Below, piece after piece: positions 11,388 to 21,078 of a DNA stretch of 64,000 nucleotides. A program made the translations under genes and the position numbers. The DNA lies in NCBI GenBank assembly GCA_904063045.1, contig CAJFCJ010000022.1:434001-498000 (forward strand), given 5' to 3'. Position 1 is the first letter of the stretch; every line of letters begins with the position of its first letter. Below the pieces are notes generated by a model, which worked only from the letters and a program-made list of their open reading frames with translations, had not been told where the DNA came from and ran no database searches. This stretch comes from Dimorphilus gyrociliatus (taxonomy: Eukaryota > Animalia > Annelida).

Positions 11388-12683
11388 ATGTTAAGGTCTC
11401 AAAAACTTCTCAAAGCCGTTAAATTCCCCGCTCTTTTAGCGAGGTATCAAAGCACTGCTGAACAAGCTGCTGCAAAAGGCAAGCCACTCCAAATTATGTC
11501 TTCGGCTTTTGTTCAGAAAACGAAGTACATTAGGACAGCCTTCGGAGATCTCTATCCAGATACAACAAGGGGCGATATTGATATGTCATCTTGTGATTAT
11601 CTAAACTATGCTCTTCACCCATATCTCAATAAAATTGATGGTGAATCCATTATTAGACGAGGAAGAATCAGCTTCAATCGCTCCGGTTGCTATGTTCGTC
11701 CTCCAGCATCATCTGTTTATCGTTTGGAAGATGCCATCACTGAACATACTGGTGGATACCAGACTTGCTTTGTTAACTCTGGTACTGAGGCAAATGTTGC
11801 TATATTCCAAGCTATCCTAGAAAATAGGCCAGAGTTACCAATCTATTTAGATAAATTCTCTCACGCCACAATGGTTCTTGGAGCAAATGCTGCTGGAAGA
11901 TCAGATATTCTCACTTTCAAGCACAATAGATTGGACCACCTTAGGAAAATGATCGACGAAAACGGACCTGGGCTGATTGGAGTTGATTCTGTCTACTCTG
12001 CGTACGGAACAGTAGCACCCTTAGAACAACTAACAGAATTAACCAGAGACACTGGGTCTATCTTGTTAGTTGATGAAAGTCACACATACGGTATATGCGG
12101 CGAACACGGAGAGGGTGTAGTTAAAGAATTGGGATTGGAAAAAGATGTTCACGTTAGAACCATGTCGACTGGTAAGGCCTTGGGTGCTGGTGGCGGTGCA
12201 ATTGTTTTAAACGAGGCTGTCGGAGATCATATTGAAGATATCAGAAAAGGAACAAGAATGTCTATTTTCTCCTTGGCTCCTCAAGATTGTATTGCTGACC
12301 GATTATTGGAGACTTTGAGACTACTAAAAGAGGAAAAGTGGAAACGAACCGATCTTTACGACAAGATTAAATATTTCAGAGAATCATGTATGGAAATGGG
12401 CTACAACGGCTTATTTGTAAAAGGTGAAACACCAATTATAACATTCGTTATTGGACCGGTAGATATGGCAACCGAAATGTATAAAGATTTTGTTGAAAAA
12501 CAAATATTTCCCTCTCCTCACGTCTATCCAGCTTCACCAAGAAATCGTACTGCTGTCAGGTTCACAGTCTGTCACGGTGTAACTTATGAACAACTCAATC
12601 ACGTATTGGATACATTGAGAAATCTAAGAGAAAAATACAAGCCAGAAACATGGGTCGACGCTCAGGGGATCGACTTATTTTAA
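11388..12683 (+). CDS. Intronless PLP-dependent alpha-oxoamine synthase (aminotransferase class II), most similar in motifs to bacterial CqsA/LqsA autoinducer synthases; N-terminal mitochondrial-type presequence
   Basis: 431 aa. Motifs SxDYL..A.HP, SGxxAN, His159 (DKFSHA), FKHN..DHL, GPGLIGVDSVYSAYGTVAPL, VDESH (D229/H232), PLP Lys263 (TMSTGKAL), C-terminal PA...R..RF. First 24 aa are basic/hydrophobic with no acidic residues. Confidence 0.9.
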   Translation: MLRSQKLLKAVKFPALLARYQSTAEQAAAKGKPLQIMSSAFVQKTKYIRTAFGDLYPDTTRGDIDMSSCDYLNYALHPYLNKIDGESIIRRGRISFNRSGCYVRPPASSVYRLEDAITEHTGGYQTCFVNSGTEANVAIFQAILENRPELPIYLDKFSHATMVLGANAAGRSDILTFKHNRLDHLRKMIDENGPGLIGVDSVYSAYGTVAPLEQLTELTRDTGSILLVDESHTYGICGEHGEGVVKELGLEKDVHVRTMSTGKALGAGGGAIVLNEAVGDHIEDIRKGTRMSIFSLAPQDCIADRLLETLRLLKEEKWKRTDLYDKIKYFRESCMEMGYNGLFVKGETPIITFVIGPVDMATEMYKDFVEKQIFPSPHVYPASPRNRTAVRFTVCHGVTYEQLNHVLDTLRNLREKYKPETWVDAQGIDLF

Positions 12684-12706
12684 AGAAAACATAGACGCAA
12701 CGATAA

Positions 12707-12712
12707 AATAAA
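12707..12712 (+). terminator. AATAAA polyadenylation signal of the CqsA-like gene
   Basis: Canonical hexamer about 24 nt after the TAA, followed by T-rich sequence. Confidence 0.55.
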
Positions 12713-13196
12713 CATTCATATCTATACTTTTTCACTTACGACTAGTTTTGTCTTTAGCTGATTTTGTTTATGAACAATTATTCAACTATATCTATGTTAT
12801 TTTCTATATTTTATAAGAGTTTTTTTCAGAAGAATATTAAAGAAAAGAAAAATTGAAGACGAATCTTTCTTTTCATTTGTTTTCTTTCCTAAAATCTTTG
12901 GAAACGAACTTGTTTTGTTTTTTTATTTTAAGTTTCAGAATAAAAAAGAAAACGATTAAACAAATTACAGTATTTTTTTTATGTTTTTTTTAAGGCAACA
13001 GTTATCAAATACAGTCAATACTTTAATAGAATCAAATGAGTTATAACTTTTTGCCTTTTCCTCTCTTTTCCTTTCTTTCTGTCTTTACTATTAGAAAGAA
13101 AGTAAACAAAGAGAGAGAAATGAAAAATTCTACTTATTTTTAATTTAAGATAAACGTATTTAAAGTTTTCTTTACTCTCAGTCTTCTGTACATTAA

Positions 13197-16100
13197 TTAG
13201 CGGAAGAAGCCCCATATAAACGCTGACATTACAAGAAGAGCACCTGCGCCTATGTTGCACATTTTCTTCCAAAATGGACTCTCGTCCAAAGATCCACTTT
13301 TACTCTGATGTAAACAATTATTGTAGATAAAACCGAAAATTTATAATACAGTATTGCTTTACCTTTGCAGAATTAAGTTCTTCATCGTTAACAGATGGAG
13401 CTTTTTGTTTTTCAATACCACATATCCATTGTAGACCCTTTGTATACCAAGGAATAACTTCATCTATAAATAAATAAATATATATATATATGTATTCAAT
13501 ATTAAACAACCGTTTTAATTATAGGAATTCTTAATTATTTAACTAGTATATAATTTACCATCTACGGATTCTCTTGCTGGAGCGTCGAATTTGGTATTAT
13601 CTTCAAAATCATCCTTATTTTCTTCCGTACTATATCTAGTCCAGAACGTTAATCGGTGAAGCTAATTTTTTTAAGATTTCTATCAGTCTATTCAAATTTT
13701 AGTTAATTCCCTTACTTTATTCTCATCAATAGGTTCGGTTAAGAGGCTAACAACAGTTGTAATAATACAAACAATGGCGAATAGTAACATTCCAAAATGG
13801 AGATAATGAAAATTCTGTGGCGAAATATTGAGGGATGATTAATGTATTTTCAGATTATTAATCATATTTACCTTTATGATTGCAGGCCTTTCATCTACCT
13901 CACCGCAAATTGGTTTTTCATATGAATACTCCCAAATAAATCTGACGAGACCAATTAAAAGGCCAATTACAAGACCACAGAATGCGCCTTTCTCGTTAAT
14001 TCTCTTCCATAGTATAGCCAACAGATAAACGGCACATATTGGCGGGGAAAGAAAACTTTGAACGGTTTGTATATAATTGAATAATTCGGAAAAATTTTTA
14101 ACGATAGGAATCCATGCTATTCCTATTCCAACCATGAATAGAACGAATAGACGCCCAACTATCATAAGCTCAATTTGACTGGCTTTTGAACGAATTTTTA
14201 ACCAAATATCCATTGTAAAAAGTGTAGAAGAAGAATTAAAAACGGACGTTAAAGAGGACATTAAAGCCGCCATCATAACTGCCAGCATTAACCCTCTAGC
14301 ACCAGTTGGCATAAGCTAGAAGAAAAAGAAATAGTTAAATTACATGTAAACAGAAAAGAAAAGCTGAAAGAACCTCCAAAACAAGTGTTGGATATGCAAT
14401 ATTAGTACAACCATTCTTTTGTCCGCATGCCGCCATACAGGATTCAGGATCAGCACATGCCACAGTATCTATTTTGGAAAACAGTTGTTCTATTTTTAAA
14501 AAATTCTATCCTAAGAGTTGTCTGACCTGGAAAGAGGATACGAGCAATCATTCCTGGAACAACCAGTAACCACATAGGAAGAATTTTAAGAAATCCAGTC
14601 AAAATAGTACCAGCTTTGGCGTGAGTTAAACTTTTGGCGGCCAGAGCTCTTTGAACAATTACCTGATCAGTGCACCAATACCAAATAGAAGTAACAGTTA
14701 AACCAAAAAAGACACCAGGCCACGGAAGTTGCGAATCATCCGCCGATCGAATTAGATGAAGAGAATTCTTTGGAGGATAGCCACATTGTAAATACGAGCT
14801 AGTTTGATTTTGCGAAGAATGATACTGCTCAAAGATTGTAGTATTCGGGGCTGCTTGCATAAATCTTTGACTGATTGTTGAAAAGCTTCCAACTTTGACA
14901 ACTCCTTTAATATTGTTCAACATTAAATTGGATTAATGAAATCTTATTGCTAAATAATGTTTATTTTCTCTTATTTACCCATTATCAATAACGACGCAGC
15001 TCCTATAACCATAATGCAAGTTTCAACAAAATTTGTCCATATCACGGCAGTAAGACCTCCCGCAATTGTAAATAAGGCAGCAATACCCAAAAGTAGAATT
15101 ACTGATACATACAAATTCCAGCCAAGGGATCTTTCAATGAAAACTGCTCCAGCGTATAGATCAGCCTATATAAAGATTAGTTTTTATTTTTATTTGTCGT
15201 GCTTTTGTGTTTTGTTTAGTTTCTTTAAAAATAGACGAAAAAAGGACAACAACAGAATGAAGAATAACAAGGACAAGAATAACATTGAAAGATATATGGA
15301 AAATTACCGAAATTTTTGTAAAAACCGATAAAAGTAAGGCTAAAACTGCCAAGTAGATTCTTATTCGTTGACCACCAAATCTTCTATTTAAATATTCAGG
15401 CATTGTAAAAACCTTTAAACGAGCGATAATTGATTTTTAATTAATTTTAGAGATAAAATTTAAATTATTCATTAAATCTTACCCCAGCCGACATATAAAC
15501 CGGTACAAACACCCAACCAAGAAGAATCAAAGCGAAAACAGCCTAGATAAGCGAATTAAAGAAAAATACTTTTTAATGAATATCAATTGTTTATCCTTTG
15601 ATAACAAACATTCAATTCGAAAACCGATACTCCTATACCGCTAGCAGCACCAAATCCTGCCAAACCAATAAAGTGACCACTACCAATATTGCTAGCGAAA
15701 ATCGACGCACCAACAGGAATCCAATGCATAGATCTTCCAGCCAAAAAGTATCCACTAACACTTCCCCTATTCCTGCACGATGACTAAAAGAAAGTAGAAG
15801 AGAATAAGAGAATTGAATATAAATTTTCAATAAGTTATTTAAAGAAAGCTGAACACCGTACTTTATCAATTCGGTTATATGATATTAAAAATAAATCCAT
15901 TTGTAACTTAAGAACAACTTTAAAGAATAAAAGTAATAAAAGGAAAAAAAATAACTGAACACGTCCTAAAAAAAAGAACCTACTGCTACTAAATCGTTGG
16001 TTGTATGACGTATGTATGTGCTATTAATTTGATATCCAGACACGAAGATTCATTGTTTTGGAATTAGTCCAGTGATTGATATTTCTTTCTCTTTCATTCA

Positions 16101-17546
16101 AGGTTGACTGATCTAATTTTAAAGTGATGATAAAAAGGCACTTTTAACTGTTCATTAAAATAGGAACTATAATAGTTTGGAGTTTATATTTCGCTTGATT
16201 GATTTATTACTTCCTCTATTTGAAAAAAAAACATACGCTTAAACACAAACACACACACACACACACACACACATACACATACGTTTTGTTTTCATTCATT
16301 CATCTTTATTGATACATGTTTCGCTTTTAAAGTAAGAGAAACGTATAAAAGAATGACAAAGGAACAACTAAAGGAGAGTTAAAAACAAGCAAAAAACTTT
16401 GAATAGTAACTTTTAATGTAGACTAGTGGGCGTGATAAAAATTAGTCATGCCAATCGAATTATAAATAGTACTTTTGTCTAATTTTTAATGGATTTTAAA
16501 TATTTTATGTAAAGAATTCCAAATTATTTTGTCTTATTAATGCAATTAGTAAGAAAAAGAGTGAAGACTATAAACTATATACAGTATACTGTATATATAT
16601 ATATATATATATATAGTATACACGGACTGTATATATCCTATATAGTTTTTATTACGTACACATCTAGAAGAGGAACGATTACGCAATTCAGCAAGTTACC
16701 ATTAACCTTCAAGCATCAACATCTGTTTCTTTTTATGTTTTATACATATAAGCTAAAAATATATTGTCATTCTTTTATATACTTCTCTCTACTCTTTCTT
16801 CAATTTCAAATGCTGAAGAAGAAATATGAAAAAAAAAGATACTTGTTTTTACCCATCATTGATTATTATAATAAACACATTCTCTATTGAAGTGTTTTCT
16901 TATTCGGGTCTGCTAGTTTTCAATTAATAACATTTCAAAACTTCTACGCACAATCTTCAATTTTAGATAAATCAGATGTGATTAGGTGAATAGCCTTAAA
17001 CTGTCCTCTTCTTCTTCTTCGTTCGCATCTTTCATTGTAAAATCATACGATAAATAGCTTTCTTACTATTTTTCGACTATTCTAATGCTATGTTAACAAA
17101 TTAAGAGTTTTTTCTGGAATATGTAAGAAATATAGAAATAAAAGAATGATATATTCTTCAATTATTGCGACTATTCCTTGTATTTCATCCATCAATCTAT
17201 ATTTATCCTTAAAACTTATATTAATCTATACAACTACTTAGAAATGTAAACTTTTTCTAAATACGCTTTAATAAGTTACCTTCTATTACTTATCAATTAA
17301 TTAATTAATTAATTAAGATAAATGCATGGATATGGGGAAAAAGAACTATTTTCTTCAATTTCAAAAGTTTGTCTCTATTTTTCACTTGAAAAATGAAAAC
17401 TTTAGTTAAATATTGTTAGTTTACATAGAGTTAACGCTTTTATCACTTACGTATAGCCCAAAACTTAAGACTATTGTAAAATATGTCACTATGACGGCTA
17501 TATCACCGGCAGCCAAATTTGTTCCTTTCCATACATTAACAGCCAT
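13197..17546 (-). CDS. SLC5 sodium/glucose (sodium:solute) cotransporter, SGLT-like, 11 coding exons
   Basis: Exons joined in frame at GT-AG sites: 17546-17451, 15783-15610, 15542-15483, 15412-15308, 15165-14979, 14904-14527, ~14468-14374, 14315-13872, 13814-13716, 13661-13559, 13463-13363, 13304-13197 (12 segments including the terminal one). SSS motifs [65 protein letters not shown]. Confidence 0.95.
16249..16272. repeat. (CA)n microsatellite in SLC5 intron 1
   Basis: Visible acacac run. Confidence 0.95.
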
Positions 17547-18765
17547 CTCTTCCTGGTGATTCTCTATCTTACTGTATGAAATTAAGGACCGTGCACTTGA
17601 CAAATATTCACAGATGGCGCTCACTCTCATCTGTTTTATAACAATTGTTGGGATTCTCAGGCGTAAATGACAGTTTGGACAAAGATAAATTTATATAAAT
17701 ATTTTATTTTTATTAACTGTTTTTTCAAATCTGAACAGAAAAATATTATACAATTTTCTTCTGTACGAAAATAATAAAGTAATACTAGAACAAATATCTA
17801 TGAATAATTGGAAAATTTCGACCAAGGTACAAACTCTTTATGCATCAATTTTCTATGTATTCCCTATCTAAGACAAGGCCATAAATATTTAGAAACTTTC
17901 TAGCCATTATTCCAAGTTCCTTACTAAATAGGGAGGTAATATTTAAAATATTCAGAAAATTTCATTTACACAAAAAATGTATTACGTATACATTTCATAA
18001 ATCAAAGAGATATTATCGAAACTAAACCACATACCAACACATTTTTTCGAATATATATAGATATATACATTACACATATAAAACCCTTGCAGTAAACCTT
18101 CATTATACAATAACATCACATATGCTTTAATAAACATTCAGAGATTAAGTTTACGGTAACCATAATTCTTTTAGATTTAGAGCAAAAATATACGATATTT
18201 TTCAAAAATATAAAATATATATATATGGAAGCTATAAGTGCACACACTTACATCGTAAAATTACAGTGACAGGAAAGTTTCCTTTTTCCGTTAACAATTT
18301 GTCAATGTTTTGTGATGTACGCCATAATGTTCTTATACTCCATAAGAAAATCATACACACATTTTTATAACAGTTGCCGTAAAAACACTCTTTACGTTAA
18401 TAAACAATGACAAAGAGAAATCAAGTATGCAAAAATGAAACCGTTCACACCTGGATTGTTAGATGATAACCTAAACTGCAAAAAATATCCAAGCACAAAA
18501 CTATTTATCTACAATATATAGGCGCTTTTTTTATGTATAATTTTTGAGCAGTTTTTTTTTCCTGCTTATTGCCAAATAAGCTATTAATGTACAACGATCT
18601 TGATATTTTGGTAGTAGCAAATAAACTAAAAAACAATATTTTGCGTGCATAGGCCCAAACAATGAAGACGAAAATAATCATGGTATGCCCAGCCCGGTAT
18701 TATTTTCATATTTTTTTTGGTTTTTTTCATGAGATTATAGTCTATTATGAAATGATGTGAAAGAA

Positions 18766-21040
18766 CTAATCGGCCTTTGATTGACTTAATCTTGTACTTG
18801 AATGTCGTTGACGGTGTTTCCTTTTGTCGTCCTCCTATTTAAAAGAAAATGGAAATACATATATATCCATTAATATATTAGACAAGTAAACCTATTCGTT
18901 AAAGAAAAAAATTTCAATTCTATATAAAATATAATTGTTTTCTTCAATAGTAATAGTTTAGCTAAATAGGTTACAACTAATAATAAATATACGGCTTGTC
19001 TACTTTCAACTTACCCCTTCGCAAACTCTAAAATCTTCTAGATTCTTGTACCGATTCAACCAATCCTTTAATTTTGAATCAACATTAGGTGTTCGTCTTG
19101 AATATTTCAAAAACGCCCAAAATTTTTCTAATCCATATAATTGTCCATTTTCGTAATCCCTAACAGTTTCCTCTTGAAAATCTTTGAACAAGTCAGGTCG
19201 GAACTTCTTCTCCAAGCCATAAGAATAAAAGCGGAAAAGACATTCTAGACCATAACGAAATCCGTGTTTTGCGTCCTCCACAGCTGTACATTTAAACTCC
19301 GAATACATTTTTCGATTGAAATGTTGACGGAGGAAAAACGACCAGAATCGGTAAAGGGTATTCATTTCTTGTGATTGACCATTACCAAATTTTTTACGCT
19401 CTTTAAGACATCTATATAACATTTAAATATATTAATATTCTATCAAAAGTGAACTGTTACAAAAATATTGTTTTTTTTTTTGCTTTAAATATAACGTTAT
19501 CAAACTTATGGATAACTACCTTGCTCGATATTTGTGATAGACATGCCAAACAAATCCATTTTCCTGCAGTAACTCGTGCGATGGATGCTGGAAATTTGCG
19601 TTAACCGGAGTTGAGCCATAGGAAGTCAAACCATCTTCAAGGACTGGCACCTCAGAACTAGAAGCAAATGGATGATCAGCAGCATCGATAACCCAACCGA
19701 AAGAACCTTCTTGCGGTGGATTTTCGCTATGCCTTGTCTTTCGTTTACGAGGAGAAGCAGGGTCAGGTACAGCCGTTTCCTTCATTACCGGGAAAAATCT
19801 TGGTGCTTTTTTACCATGAGGAGTACGTGGAGTTTTTTGCAACATTGACTCTGAGACTTTTATTTAAAAAAGTATCAATTAGTAAATTTAATAAGAATAT
19901 TTCTCAATGTTAAAATGTATATAGAAATTTTACCAGAAGATTCAGATTCAGCTGAAGGCGGGGGAGGTGGAATCTTTTGATGAGCAGGTGCGGCAGATTT
20001 CTGCGGATTTAATGCAGCAAAGTCTTCTGCAGAGATAACTTGAACGTTTTGAGGTGGAATACATCGTTCAAAAGTTGTAAAATCCTAGTTAAAAGGGAAA
20101 AATAGATTTTGTGTTTAATAAAACATTAGATATGTATTAAATCAACTCACCGATTTATCCCATAGATCTTGCTCATAGTAAAATAGTCCCTCATCAATAA
20201 CCTTGGCCATTTCAGATGTCATCTTTGCCCGACTGGTGTGATCTCCTGTACGGTCTCCCTGAGGGTGTCTTCGAAAGGCAGGCGGTGTTTGTGTGACAAT
20301 TAAAATTTTGCTTAAGTCGATGTCTGCTATTTCTCCATCGGAATCATCATCTGACCTATAAAGTTCATATGGTTCGTAAGAATATACAAGCGTTCAAGAA
20401 AGAATAATTAACAAACCATTCACTAAAGTTGTTCTTTCTTCCAGCCGCCGCTGAAATGTCAATCTCCTCGTCAAACATAAAATCTAATTCTTCGAGCTCC
20501 TTTCTGGACGATTTCTATAAAATAGGAATGATACAAATTATAATATACCTCTGTACCAATTAATAGCATTTCTAATAATAAAAAAACTTACAGAAATCGA
20601 TGGTTTTTTCTTTTCTTTGTGCTCACTTCTCTTTTTCCTGACTTCCTGCCATTCTAAGTCAGAGGTTGGAGCAGATACTGACAAACTAGCTTCCTGAGGA
20701 TTTTTAGTTGTCAATAGTTTATCCAATTCTGCAGAATTTTCTGAAAAAATGACCAGATAAATAATAGAATAAATGATAAGAGGTAACAAATTAAAAGCAT
20801 TAAACGACATACATAAAAAGCTTAATAACTATATTGCTTACCATTAACCAGTAAAATCATACTTTCGAGGAAAATGAAAAAAAGACGTTATATATCTGTT
20901 AGCTACGAAAGAAGAAATTTTAACTTTGAAAATTACACAACGTAACGCCATATTGCATGACGCCTTACGACGTTCGCTCAAAATAAGTAAAAAATATCGC
21001 CATTAGCGATTAGGATTTAAAGATTATATTAAAAATTCAA

Positions 21041-21078
<38 letters not shown>

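Noticed and set aside
11388-12683. Bacterial contamination, or an ordinary ALAS/GCAT/SPT, as explanation for the synthase
   Set aside because: It is contiguous with AT-rich, microsatellite-bearing DNA and intron-containing animal genes and has presequence and polyA signals. Its DSVYS-xx-GT and DESH motifs fit CqsA better than ALAS/GCAT/SPT. A chimeric assembly still needs read-level exclusion.
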